In this document: piece after piece, positions 1 through 9,364 of the stretch
Numbering within the stretch: position 1 is the stretch's first letter
How the letters are laid out: every line of letters begins with the position of its first letter
Source of the DNA: a virus
Strand: one strand, 5' to 3'
IMG/VR virus record: IMGVR_UViG_3300045988_164842
Coordinates: 24,293 to 88,292 of that record
Length of the DNA stretch: 64,000 bases
Notes under the pieces: generated by a model
What the model saw: the letters and a program-made list of their open reading frames with translations, nothing else
Database searches by the model: none
Told to the model about the DNA's origin: nothing
Translations under genes and position numbers: made by a program

Positions 1-923
1 TCATTAAAGTGTTTATGTACCATGTTTTCAATGTCAAAAGCGTTACTGCACACGATTGACTTATATACAAGGTCAAGTTTTGTACCTGCACCAGTTTCAA
101 GAACGTGAAGTCTTTTTTCAACATTGTTTGAAACACCGACTTTAACTCTGTCGTTTTCAGGATTTCTAATGACATAGACAAACTGTCTGCTTCTGCTGTC
201 CTGTGGTAACACGCTTTCAACCACTCTTGCCTTAAACATATCCATGATGGCTTGCTTCATTTTTGCAAAACTGATAATAAACCTCGCTCTGTATTCTGTA
301 GAGTATTTAAGCATTAACTGCATAGTAGCCATTTCGCCAAGGTCATATTCTTTGTAAGTCTGCCCGTTGCTTGCGAGGTAATCAACTTCCTTGAAATCGT
401 TAATGATAAGCTGAATGTCACTGTCCAGATTTGGACAGTGGATTTTCTGAAGCTTGTCAAGTTCATCACGAATATCTCTAAGAATATGCCTATGGTCTTT
501 ACCTGTAACTTCCGCAATTTTTCTTGATGTTGTTATCGGAATACCGTTTTTACTGAACACAAGCCCAGCTATATTGCCTTTGAATGTGATGGTTTCAAGC
601 TTTGTTGTCATCTTACGGATTGACGGGAGAACTTCAGAAGTAACCCAACGCTTGAACTTTTTTGCATTGGACATCTTGCTTGAGAGGATTAAACTGTAAA
701 GACCAGACTCGTTGATTAATATCGCTTCTCGATTTTGACCTGACAGAACGATTCGTTCTGTCAGCTTATCTTCATCATCAACATGGTCTCTTATTGCCTT
801 TGCTGTGTTTGTGTATTCAAGAATATCTGCAATATCTTTTCCGACAAACCACGGCTCTCCGTTGATTTCCATTGTTCTGATTGTTCCAAATTCCGCTTTT
901 TCAAAAATTCTGATTTCGTTCAT
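1..923 (-). CDS. Bro-N / Rha / T5orf172-type multidomain phage regulatory protein (3' end runs off window)
   Basis: ATG at 923 follows an AAAGGGGA SD. My translation gives MNEIRIFEKAEFGTIRTMEINGEPWFVGKDIADIL (Bro-N), ITTSRKIAEVTGKDHRHILRDIRD (Rha-like) and FVYVIRNPENDRVKVGVSNNVEKRLHVLETG (T5orf172/GIY-YIG-like). The frame stays open to position 1, so it is absent from the ORF track. Confidence 0.75.
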   Translation of the reverse strand, partial: MNEIRIFEKAEFGTIRTMEINGEPWFVGKDIADILEYTNTAKAIRDHVDDEDKLTERIVLSGQNREAILINESGLYSLILSSKMSNAKKFKRWVTSEVLPSIRKMTTKLETITFKGNIAGLVFSKNGIPITTSRKIAEVTGKDHRHILRDIRDELDKLQKIHCPNLDSDIQLIINDFKEVDYLASNGQTYKEYDLGEMATMQLMLKYSTEYRARFIISFAKMKQAIMDMFKARVVESVLPQDSRSRQFVYVIRNPENDRVKVGVSNNVEKRLHVLETGAGTKLDLVYKSIVCSNAFDIENMVHKHFN

Positions 924-939
924 GTGTTGTCCCCTTTCA

Positions 940-1143
940 TTAACCGCCGATAAGTTCAAGTTCTTCAAGCCCTTTGTCATAGTAAGTATCTGCATAACCA
1001 ACAGGCATAGGTTCTGTGATAAAGTTTTCATATTCATCTTTGTAAATATCCTGCATATGTATTTTTGAGATTTTGCCCGACACCCAAAGACCAAAGATAT
1101 ATCCCATAAGATTTTGCCACTGAGTAAATGCTTTATTTTTCAT
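940..1143 (-). CDS. hypothetical protein (67 aa)
   Basis: ATG at 1143 with GGGAGG SD 8 nt upstream; packed between dut and the Bro gene. Confidence 0.6.
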   Translation of the reverse strand: MKNKAFTQWQNLMGYIFGLWVSGKISKIHMQDIYKDEYENFITEPMPVGYADTYYDKGLEELELIGG

Positions 1144-1145
1144 AT

Positions 1146-1583
1146 TTAAAACCTCCCTGAGTGACCAAAGCCACCATCTTTTCTTTCTGATACGGACAAT
1201 TCTTCTGTTGTTTCAAAGTCTGCTACAGCATATGGGACAATTACAAGTTGTGCAATTCGTTCTTTCGGTTCAACAAGCTGTGTTTTGTCGCTATCATTGT
1301 ACAGTGCTACCATGTATTCCCCTCTGTAGTCTTCATCGCAAACACCTACACAGTTGCTTGGACGTAACCCTCTTTTAGTAGCAAGTCCCGACCTTGCAAA
1401 AATCGCCCCGAATGTGTAATGTGGAAGTTCAATTGCAACGCCTGTGGGAATAACTTTGGTTTCATGCGGTTTGATTTCAAGAGTTTCATCTATGCAGGCG
1501 AACAAGTCATATCCGGCAGACTTTGTTGTTGCTCTTTTCGGTATTATAGCATTCTCTCTAAGTTTTTTTATACTGACTTTCAT
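1146..1583 (-). CDS. dut: dUTP diphosphatase
   Basis: dUTPase motifs AGYDL, RSGLA, GVCDEDYRGE, RIAQLV, RKDGGFGHSG. I prefer ATG 1583 (AAGGTG SD) over the track GTG at 1595, which lies in the SD. Confidence 0.9.
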   Translation of the reverse strand: MKVSIKKLRENAIIPKRATTKSAGYDLFACIDETLEIKPHETKVIPTGVAIELPHYTFGAIFARSGLATKRGLRPSNCVGVCDEDYRGEYMVALYNDSDKTQLVEPKERIAQLVIVPYAVADFETTEELSVSERKDGGFGHSGRF

Positions 1584-1641
1584 TTTTTTCGACACCTTTC
1601 GCTATTGACAACACATTCAATTTGTGATACTATAAGTTTGT

Positions 1642-1833
1642 TTAAGATATTTCTTTTTTAAGAAATCTTCGGCAATGACAATACCCCGATTTCATCTGAC
1701 GAAACTCCAAGCATGGACACCTTGTTGTTTCGTTGCGTTCAGTCATACATGGGCAGTAACCGTCATTGTCTTTGACAGCTTGTGTTATCGTGTCATATTC
1801 ATTGATATTAGGATTTCTCTCAATTTTAATCAT
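1642..1833 (-). CDS. small Cys-rich protein resembling ferredoxin:thioredoxin reductase catalytic subunit
   Basis: 63 aa with CPC-x9-CPC-x10-CHC spacing; GGAGGA SD; overlaps the nrdG stop. Confidence 0.6.
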   Translation of the reverse strand: MIKIERNPNINEYDTITQAVKDNDGYCPCMTERNETTRCPCLEFRQMKSGYCHCRRFLKKEIS

Positions 1834-2308
1834 GGGTTTTCCTCCAAAACTTATACGTTATATCTTCTATATGGTCTGCGGTTATCTTGTAAAAATGCTG
1901 ATTTGTTTCTCTACAAGCTAATCCTCCAAAAGTTTTGTTGTAGTGACCTACTTTGACATAATCCAGTAAAGACATAAGACTATCAGATGGGAATATATCA
2001 CTTCCGCTATACAAACAGAATTTCATATTGTTCTCGTGAGCTTTGACAGCAATCTTTTTCAATTCATCTTCATTCCAGTCTCCGCCCATCACACAAAGAC
2101 AACTCGCCGTATCTTTGTACTGAGCGACAACATCATCAATAATATCCATCAAAAGTTCACTGTCATCATCATTCCAGAGGTAAGAACTGTGGCAACCCTC
2201 ACACTTGTAAGGGCAACCACACACGGAAAAGACCAAAGTTATTTCATCAGGAACTTCCGCAAAAGTAATATTCCAGCCTTTATACCTTAAAGGTTTCTGT
2301 TCCGGCAT
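1826..2308 (-). CDS. nrdG: anaerobic ribonucleotide reductase activating protein (radical SAM)
   Basis: CX3CX2C cluster motif (CPYKCEGC); 160 aa; overlaps the nrdD 3' end. Confidence 0.88.
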   Translation of the reverse strand: MPEQKPLRYKGWNITFAEVPDEITLVFSVCGCPYKCEGCHSSYLWNDDDSELLMDIIDDVVAQYKDTASCLCVMGGDWNEDELKKIAVKAHENNMKFCLYSGSDIFPSDSLMSLLDYVKVGHYNKTFGGLACRETNQHFYKITADHIEDITYKFWRKTHD

Positions 2309-4142
2309 AGTATCTGTTCCTTTCTTCTTCTTGCCTTGTTTCCGAGAACTTCGAGATTCTTTTTAAATACCCGATAATTCTTGTAAGGTAGTCAAGGTCA
2401 TGACTTCCGCAAGCCTCGCAAGTACCTGTATATCGCTTGCTGATATGACCACATTCGTTGCAGATTGTATTTGGGACATTCACTGTTGCGTATGAACAAC
2501 CTGTTTTTATCATTACAAGCAAAAGTTTCTTGTACTGTTCGTAGCTCAAATGTTCATCGAGATTGATATGTACTGCACTTCCGCCGTCAAGATACTTTGT
2601 TACTCTTTCTCCGTGGAGCATAAGCTTATCAATCGGATTTGTGTGTGAGTCCTCTACAACATAAAAATACGAATTGTAACAATCTCTCGGTGCAAAATAA
2701 CCATCTTCTTTATCCCATTTTGCAAACTTCACGCCGAGGTTTTCAGCAGGGACAAGCTCTGTGTTGAACATGGTTTCATCAGTTTTATCCTTGACGTTTT
2801 CAGTATGGATAGGTTTCAGAATGCTTTCGATATACTCATAATACTTTTCGTTGAATGGGTCAATCTTTATTCCAAGATACTCAGCTCCCTCGACTAAGCC
2901 GTTAATACCAACAGTCAGATACTGCTTTTCGGGAAGAATAAATTCAGCGTCATAAATACCAATAAGCCCTGCATTTTTTAGGTCAGAAAGAATGCTGTTG
3001 TAAGCTGTAAGATATTTATGAACCCTCTGAGTTACTTCCTGTACCTTATTTGAAATTGTTTTGTAGTCAGTTTTCTCTCCTGACTGACTACTTGCAATTT
3101 GGACAATGCGGTTAATGTTGAGAGTGATAACACATTTACTACCTGTACATACTCCTCCTGCACCTAAAGTATATGAGAAGTCATTGCTTTGAATAGCGTT
3201 TCTGAGCCTACAGCAACTTGCCAGACTATCAACACTGTCACTTGTGTAGGTGAAGAAAGAATGTCCCTCTGAGTACATTTCTGCCGTGAAGTCTGCCCAT
3301 TCGCTATCGACAAAATCTTCTCCGTCGTTGAGTAGGTTCATAGTTTCGACAGGGAAAGTGAGTTCTTTTTTCAGTCTTTCTTTGTTAAACCACTTCATGA
3401 AAAGCTTCTGTAACCAGCTAACACTTGTCCAACAAGGCTTAGTACCATCAGGGAAAAAGAAGTTTTCAAAGATACCGTCAAAGTATGGTTTATCAAAATA
3501 AGCAATATTCCAGAAAACAGACTGAAAGTTTCTGGCACTGGCAGGGGTATTGATACTATAGATAACTTGCTGGAACTTGTCTGTAATTACTTCTTTAATA
3601 GATTTGTGGATTACGCCATTAACAACAACCTTATCAGCATTTTTATAGTAGTCCTGACCATAGTCTTTGCGAATAAAGTAGTCAAGATATGTAAGAAACT
3701 CAGGTGTAGAAACAGCTCCTGCAAGCTGAGAAGATACAGCATATACAAGATTGATAAAACCACCACAAAAACTATCAAGGTTCTTTGGCGGTTTCGATAC
3801 TCCGCCTAAAGTTTCAAGTCCGTGAATAAGGAACGGATACATAGTAATACTGGCACAATAAGGGTATAAAGGCTTTGTTTCGTCATGCTTGTAAATCAGG
3901 TGGTTTTCAAGATCTGATATGTAGTTAGTTGCTATATCTTCGCCGTAGATTTCTTTCAGCTTGTCATACATAAGCATACGAGAAATCATGATAGCATCTT
4001 TATTGAACAATTCTCCGTGCAGTGTTGTAATGTTTTTAAAGCTGACGTTTGCGTTGGAGTCATATTTACTTCCTGTGCTTGCGTTGACAGCGGTCTTGTA
4101 GCTTTCTATGAAGTCTTCATAGTGCCTGTATTCATCAAACAT
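2280..4142 (-). CDS. nrdD: anaerobic (class III) ribonucleoside-triphosphate reductase
   Basis: 620 aa; C-terminal CNECGH..CEACGS zinc ribbon followed by glycyl-radical motif RIIGYL. Confidence 0.92.
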   Translation of the reverse strand: MFDEYRHYEDFIESYKTAVNASTGSKYDSNANVSFKNITTLHGELFNKDAIMISRMLMYDKLKEIYGEDIATNYISDLENHLIYKHDETKPLYPYCASITMYPFLIHGLETLGGVSKPPKNLDSFCGGFINLVYAVSSQLAGAVSTPEFLTYLDYFIRKDYGQDYYKNADKVVVNGVIHKSIKEVITDKFQQVIYSINTPASARNFQSVFWNIAYFDKPYFDGIFENFFFPDGTKPCWTSVSWLQKLFMKWFNKERLKKELTFPVETMNLLNDGEDFVDSEWADFTAEMYSEGHSFFTYTSDSVDSLASCCRLRNAIQSNDFSYTLGAGGVCTGSKCVITLNINRIVQIASSQSGEKTDYKTISNKVQEVTQRVHKYLTAYNSILSDLKNAGLIGIYDAEFILPEKQYLTVGINGLVEGAEYLGIKIDPFNEKYYEYIESILKPIHTENVKDKTDETMFNTELVPAENLGVKFAKWDKEDGYFAPRDCYNSYFYVVEDSHTNPIDKLMLHGERVTKYLDGGSAVHINLDEHLSYEQYKKLLLVMIKTGCSYATVNVPNTICNECGHISKRYTGTCEACGSHDLDYLTRIIGYLKRISKFSETRQEEERNRYYAGTETFKV

Positions 4143-4341
4143 TTTTTACTCCTTTCAGGTATTCGAGAGCTTCACCATAATTCAGTTTGTTTCCGTCAAC
4201 TTCGAGAACGGGAACGTGCTTAATACCTTCTGCGACCATAACATCTTTATTGGAGATAATCTCATAAGAGAGATTTTTCTGGTTAAGCTTTGTCTTCAGC
4301 ACAGAGCAAAGAGGACAGTTCGTAGTGTAAAGTTTTATCAT
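4135..4341 (-). CDS. glutaredoxin/NrdH-like redoxin
   Basis: 68 aa; CPLC active-site motif near the N-terminus; VPVLEVDG; overlaps the nrdD start and thyX stop. Confidence 0.75.
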   Translation of the reverse strand: MIKLYTTNCPLCSVLKTKLNQKNLSYEIISNKDVMVAEGIKHVPVLEVDGNKLNYGEALEYLKGVKNV

Positions 4342-5270
4342 TCTTCATCATTCCTTTCAAGTTCTTTGAGTTTCGTCATATACCATTCAGCTTTCTTTAT
4401 ATCTTCTTCACCGTTCTTCTGCGTTGCTCTAAAACGATATTTGTAAGTGTTACAGCGACAGAAAGATTTAACAGCTTCAACGCCGAAGAGGGAAATCATT
4501 TCGTCAATACATTCATATTTCCCCTGATAATGCTGAGGGTGGTTGACATTATCTTTTACAGGTTGTGAGTTTGTTTCTTTATTGTCTGGCTTCTGAGAAC
4601 AAACTTCCGAAATAATATCCTGAACTTTCTGAGAAAAAAGGTCTTCAAAAAAGCAAGGGAAGCTTTCATCGAATAAGGACAGTATCTTTGTGGATAAACG
4701 TTGCATATCCGGGTGCGGTTTGCCTGTAACTCCAATGGCTCTTAATTTGAAAAAATTTCGCCAACTTCTGATATTCATTGTCATTACAAGCTTAGTAGCA
4801 GTAGCATTCGGCAGAACACCTCTTGCATCTTGAGCAGACATACCACTTCTCACAAATTTGAGGTATTGTTTTTCAGCGGTTGTAAGGAAATTTATATACT
4901 CATAGTATGTGTCTTCATCTGCGGTATCAAGCCAGTATGGCTTAACAAAGGAGATTTCAGAACCAAATTTTTCTTTTGAGTAGTTGCAATATCTTTGGCT
5001 CTGCTGTGAGTAACTCGCTATCCTGTGTCGAACAAGCTCGTGAGAAACTGCACGGTCAGTCACAATTTCCACTGTTATGTTGACGTGTTCAAGAGGACTT
5101 TCATGTCCTGTTGCTATCATTCGCTTGATAAAATTTTCGCAATCTTCTCTTGTAGCAGAGAGCTGTGAGTTGTAGCAAACTCTATACGCTTGTTCAATTG
5201 TGTCAAGCATTGAGACATAGCTTTCAGACGTAGGTGCGATAAGGTTTACGCTTGGTGAAATAAGCTGCAT
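4338..5270 (-). CDS. thyX: FAD-dependent thymidylate synthase ThyX with C-terminal DUF3310-like extension
   Basis: ThyX signature RHRIASYSQQSQRY. The C-terminal 70 aa (NHPQHYQGKYECIDEM..YKYRFRATQKNGEEDIKKAEWY) look like the DUF3310 family. Confidence 0.88.
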   Translation of the reverse strand: MQLISPSVNLIAPTSESYVSMLDTIEQAYRVCYNSQLSATREDCENFIKRMIATGHESPLEHVNITVEIVTDRAVSHELVRHRIASYSQQSQRYCNYSKEKFGSEISFVKPYWLDTADEDTYYEYINFLTTAEKQYLKFVRSGMSAQDARGVLPNATATKLVMTMNIRSWRNFFKLRAIGVTGKPHPDMQRLSTKILSLFDESFPCFFEDLFSQKVQDIISEVCSQKPDNKETNSQPVKDNVNHPQHYQGKYECIDEMISLFGVEAVKSFCRCNTYKYRFRATQKNGEEDIKKAEWYMTKLKELERNDEE

Positions 5271-5355
5271 ATCTCTACCCCTTTCATTTTCTTTATACTT
5301 ATATTTTTCGCTTGAAGAAGGTTTATCAGATATACAAAGTGTGAACTTTTAGTAA

Positions 5356-5391
5356 ATAAAAAAAGCACTACCCGATTTCTCAGATAGTGCT
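5356..5391 (-). terminator. rho-independent terminator after the antirepressor gene
   Basis: Stem AGCACTA (5364-5370) / TAGTGCT (5385-5391), followed on the minus strand by T7. Confidence 0.6.
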
Positions 5392-5398
5392 TATGTAG

Positions 5399-6175
5399 TT
5401 AAGCAGTTGCTTCATGTTCCATCAATGGAAGTATTCCGTCATTTTTCAGCATTTTGTAAATAAACAAACGCCCTTTTTGTGACCAGCAAAGAAATTCTCT
5501 AACATGAGGAACTCCACTAGTGTCAGTAACAAGATTTGTCTTGGTGCTTGCATAACCTTTATCAGAATACTTCTGGTATAAGAGCCAGATGTTTCCCTGA
5601 CGGTACTGGATTTTCTTTTCACGAAGATAACGGTTAAGCCATATTGCTGACTTGCCGTAATCTTTTGCGATAACTGAAATCGGTACGAGGTCTTTGCAGT
5701 TAAGAACAAGGTCGTAGTAGCTTGCTTTCGGTTTCATGACTTCAATTTCTGCTGAAAGTTCTTTGTTTTTATTCTGTTCTGACTGGAGTGTTTGAAGCAG
5801 AGTGATGAGGTTCTCCGGTGTGCTGAGTGCCTGAGTAAGTGCCTGAGGTGTCATGTATGCACCGTGTTTACGAATTGACGGAATTACTTCGGAGGTAATC
5901 CATTTTCTGAATGGTTTAGCTTGTGGCTTATCAGAACGAAGGATAACAGCGTAAAGCCCTGACTCGTTGATTACCGTCATCTCTCTCTTCTGTCTACCTG
6001 ATGTCAATTTGACTGACATCAGCTCGTCTTTATCCAATCTGCTGGCAACCATTCTTGAATTGCCTATTTCAAGCACTTTACAGACATCAGCCAGAACCCA
6101 CCATGGCTCATTGTTAATTTCCGTCACTCTGATTTTGCCGAAGGTTTCATTTTCAAAAATTCTGATTTCGTTCAT
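5399..6175 (-). CDS. Bro-N + KilAC-domain phage antirepressor
   Basis: MNEIRIFENETFGKIRVTEINNEPWWVLADVCKVL (Bro-N); C-terminal ASYYDLVLNCKDLVPISVIAKDYGKSAIWLNRYL (KilAC/ANT). ATG 6175 preferred over track start 6235. Confidence 0.8.
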   Translation of the reverse strand: MNEIRIFENETFGKIRVTEINNEPWWVLADVCKVLEIGNSRMVASRLDKDELMSVKLTSGRQKREMTVINESGLYAVILRSDKPQAKPFRKWITSEVIPSIRKHGAYMTPQALTQALSTPENLITLLQTLQSEQNKNKELSAEIEVMKPKASYYDLVLNCKDLVPISVIAKDYGKSAIWLNRYLREKKIQYRQGNIWLLYQKYSDKGYASTKTNLVTDTSGVPHVREFLCWSQKGRLFIYKMLKNDGILPLMEHEATA

Positions 6176-6176
6176 G

Positions 6177-7001
6177 TTAAAAATCCTTTCTATACTTATT
6201 GCTTTTGCGTGTTGATTTTTTTCTGACCTGTACAAGCTTTCCTTTCTTAGGCATATTTTTAGCTGTGTTCGCCTTAATAGACATCTTCATCTTTTCAAAA
6301 CTGACAATGATTTTCGCCCAATACTCTTTAAAATATCCGGGTATTAGCCACATAGCAGCCATTTCGCCGAGTTCGTATTCCGAACACTTTTCATAGTCTT
6401 CATTAAGGTAGTAGCTTTTTCTGAAATCGTTTATTATAATCCGGAGGTCAAGACTATCGCAAGGTTCATTATACAAGTAGTTAATTTCCTCGTCGATAGC
6501 ACAACAGATTTCAAGGTTGCTTTTTCCTACGAGTTTCGCTATTGCTCTTGAAGTAGTTACAGGAATTCCATTTTTATTGAACACAAGATAGTCCACATTA
6601 TCTTCATAGGTAAGCATTTCAGTTTCTTCATTGTTTGAGCGGAAGAACGGCAGAATTTCAGTGTCTATCCACTTCCTAAAGTACCCTACTTCAAAACATT
6701 GAGCATTCTTAATAATGGTGTCCACACCATGTTTGTTAATCGCAAATTCGCCTGATGACAAAGTGACTTTATCGACTTCGTCTATCATGTCTTTAGAAGG
6801 CGTAACTTTCATCATGTTAGCGACTTCCTTTTCATTAAACCAAGGTTCTCCATCAATCTTCGCAACTTTGAGTGAGCCGAAAAAGTCATTCCAGAAAACC
6901 GAAAAATCATTGCTGACAATATTTGATACACTACGCATAGATTCTTTCCTTTCTTTAATAGTTAGCGGAGTTTTGTTTTCCGCTACTCGAATTATGTCCA
7001 T
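6177..7001 (-). CDS. Bro-N-like / Rha-like regulatory protein
   Basis: FGSLKVAKIDGEPWFNEKEVANMM (degenerate Bro-N) and IPVTTSRAIAKLVGKSNLEI (Rha-like). The start is only weakly supported by an SD. Confidence 0.6.
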   Translation of the reverse strand: MDIIRVAENKTPLTIKERKESMRSVSNIVSNDFSVFWNDFFGSLKVAKIDGEPWFNEKEVANMMKVTPSKDMIDEVDKVTLSSGEFAINKHGVDTIIKNAQCFEVGYFRKWIDTEILPFFRSNNEETEMLTYEDNVDYLVFNKNGIPVTTSRAIAKLVGKSNLEICCAIDEEINYLYNEPCDSLDLRIIINDFRKSYYLNEDYEKCSEYELGEMAAMWLIPGYFKEYWAKIIVSFEKMKMSIKANTAKNMPKKGKLVQVRKKSTRKSNKYRKDF

Positions 7002-7010
7002 CCGCTATGA

Positions 7011-8114
7011 TTATTCATTTCTTAAGAATATTGGCATTAACACACCTGTGAAGCTTGGTCTTTCATCTGCCGTAAAAATAATTACATTACGGCAATCTTT
7101 GAATGATAACGTTACCTTGTTCGTTTTCATGTGCTTAACAAAATCGAGAAGCGAATCTGCAGCCATACCGATTTTGATTTCACCACCCGAGATATCCGCT
7201 TCGATTTTCTTTTCACAAAGACCTTTTCCTGTTTCATAGCTGAACGTCATCACATTGTCCTCAATAGTACAAATAACCGGAACTTTACTTTCTGCTTTGA
7301 ACAGTTTGGTGAGGTCAACGTATTCCTTAATATCATCTGATTTCACGGTTGAAATAATTTTAACTTCTGATGGAATCCATGCCTCATAGTTAGGGAAATT
7401 TCCTTCTATTAACTTTGAAGACACCTTATAGTTATCACCTGTAAAACAAACCAACTCTCCTGCAAGAGATACTTTGCAAACTCCATCACCGAGAACATTC
7501 AGTAACTGCTTGAGTGCATTCGCCGGCACTATAAATCGACTATCAACCGCTTGCTGTACGGTTGTAGTTTCGAGAGCCATTCTGTATTCGCAACAAGAGA
7601 TGATTGAAAACGTGTTGTTCTCAACTTCAAAGCATTCACCTGTGAGAATACTCTTCAAAGTATCAACTCTTATAGCAAAAAGAGTTGCTTCAAGCATATC
7701 TCTTAATTTCTTTTCTGAAATTTCAAGAACAGGCTTAAAGTTTTCGTAACACGGTTTCTCAATATCGGATACATCAACTGTTTTCATTCCGCAAGTTGTT
7801 TTACCGCCAGTAATAAGAACGTTACCCGTATCGTCAATTGTCAATTCGATAGTTGGTGATTTCAGCTTCTTGAGTATGCCCGTCAAGAGTTTTGCATCGA
7901 GATATACCATATCAAATTTTTCCGAGTTAGGTATGGCAATTTGCATATCTGTTCCAATACAGTCGTCAAAAAGGTCTTTGCCAAAAATGTGAAGCATTTT
8001 GCCGTCTGATTCAATGCCGAGAAAGCCATCACTGTTTTTCGATGGCTTGATTGCTGTCTTTGATACGATTGTTGCGATGTTTGCGAGTTCTTTTCTTTTG
8101 ATTGTGATTTTCAT
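7011..8114 (-). CDS. dnaN: DNA polymerase III beta sliding clamp homolog
   Basis: 367 aa, typical clamp length. Landmarks: MKITIKRKEL start, GNFPNYEAWIP, C-terminal GVLMPIFL. Confidence 0.82.
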   Translation of the reverse strand: MKITIKRKELANIATIVSKTAIKPSKNSDGFLGIESDGKMLHIFGKDLFDDCIGTDMQIAIPNSEKFDMVYLDAKLLTGILKKLKSPTIELTIDDTGNVLITGGKTTCGMKTVDVSDIEKPCYENFKPVLEISEKKLRDMLEATLFAIRVDTLKSILTGECFEVENNTFSIISCCEYRMALETTTVQQAVDSRFIVPANALKQLLNVLGDGVCKVSLAGELVCFTGDNYKVSSKLIEGNFPNYEAWIPSEVKIISTVKSDDIKEYVDLTKLFKAESKVPVICTIEDNVMTFSYETGKGLCEKKIEADISGGEIKIGMAADSLLDFVKHMKTNKVTLSFKDCRNVIIFTADERPSFTGVLMPIFLRNE

Positions 8115-8193
8115 GATTTTGATTTCCTTTCAGTTCTTTATATTTATAAAGTATTCGTTTTTAACACAATTACGAGATAGACAAAATGTGAAT

Positions 8194-9102
8194 TTATTTT
8201 TTACTTTTTTGGACATTTGAAAGAGGTGAATTGAACATAGCTTCTTTCTTTTGGTTGTCGCTAATATGCGTATAAATCCTTGTTGTGTTCAGATTTTCAT
8301 GTCCGAGAATTTCACAAAGTGTGAGCAAGTCAACACCACCTTGGTACATCATTGTAGCGGCACTGTGTCTAAGTTTGTGTGTAGAAAGTCCTTTATCTTC
8401 AAGTCCTGCCGCCTTCAATGATTTCTTTACAAGCTCCTGTGTTGCCCTAACACTTATTCTTTCTTTCTTCTGAGAAACAAACAACGCTTCGTTTTCATCT
8501 TCCTTTACATAAAGGTATTCTTCCAGAGCTTTTATACAAGCCTTGTTGAGAAAGAGCAGGCGTTCTTTATTTCCTTTGCCGAGAATTTTCATAGTACATT
8601 CCGAGAAATCGATGTCTGACACGTTGAGATTTACAAGCTCACTTACACGCAAACCACAATTAAGGAACAGTACGAGAATACAGTAATCTCTTTCCGGGTG
8701 ACGACTAAAGTCACTGACATGATTAAGAATTTCCGTAGCTTCATCAAGCGTTGCATATTTTGGCAACGCTTTTTTTATCTTTGGTCGTTCAACAAATTCC
8801 GCAGGGTTTTTGTCAATAAGATGAAGCCTTTTCCTTGCGTATTCAAAGAACGATTTGAGAGCGGAAATAGCTCTTGCACGGGTGTTGGTACACACGTTGT
8901 TGTCTGCAAGATGATTAAGGTAATCGTAGATGTTTTCCGGTGTGACTTTCGCTACATCATCAAGAGTAACATTCTCTTTCAGAATGTATGAGAAAAACGA
9001 TTCAGCTTCCCTTGTGTATATAAGAATTGTCTGAGGGGAATTTGCTTTGATGACTTTCAGGTATTCAGCGTATTCATTGATAATTTTTTCTTTGTATTCC
9101 AT
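8194..9102 (-). CDS. tyrosine recombinase (XerC/XerD-type integrase)
   Basis: 302 aa; HKLRHSAATMMYQ..LGHENLNTTRIYTH catalytic box (R..H-R-Y); N-terminal SAM-like domain. Confidence 0.9.
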   Translation of the reverse strand: MEYKEKIINEYAEYLKVIKANSPQTILIYTREAESFFSYILKENVTLDDVAKVTPENIYDYLNHLADNNVCTNTRARAISALKSFFEYARKRLHLIDKNPAEFVERPKIKKALPKYATLDEATEILNHVSDFSRHPERDYCILVLFLNCGLRVSELVNLNVSDIDFSECTMKILGKGNKERLLFLNKACIKALEEYLYVKEDENEALFVSQKKERISVRATQELVKKSLKAAGLEDKGLSTHKLRHSAATMMYQGGVDLLTLCEILGHENLNTTRIYTHISDNQKKEAMFNSPLSNVQKSKK

Positions 9103-9120
9103 GATTTTCTCCTTTCGGCA

Positions 9121-9161
9121 TAAACAAAAGTGATGTAGAATTTTGGCGTTTCTACATCACT
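9121..9161 (-). terminator. rho-independent terminator closing the accessory operon
   Basis: 12-bp perfect stem AGTGATGTAGAA (9129-9140) / TTCTACATCACT (9150-9161), then TTTTGTTT on the minus strand. Confidence 0.65.
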
Positions 9162-9364
9162 GTTTTACATATTCAGTTATTTTTTACTGTCTGGTTTTGT
9201 CATTACACCAAATCAAATTTTCACGCAATTAAATTTTTGTTTTGTAACTGCTTTGTAATTTGTTAGATTTTCTGCGTGTGATAGCTACAGATAATTAAGT
9301 TCGGATTTGGAAATAACTTGTTCCTGAGAACGAAAAGATTACAGGTGTAACCGATTTGTAATAA

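Noticed and set aside
9162-9364. attP core in the 200-bp gap beside the recombinase (direct ATAATTAAGTT repeats at 9291-9301 and 9361-9371)
   Set aside because: An 11-bp AT-rich repeat is weak evidence, and no tRNA-like or host-like segment is recognisable. It cannot be supported without the host sequence.
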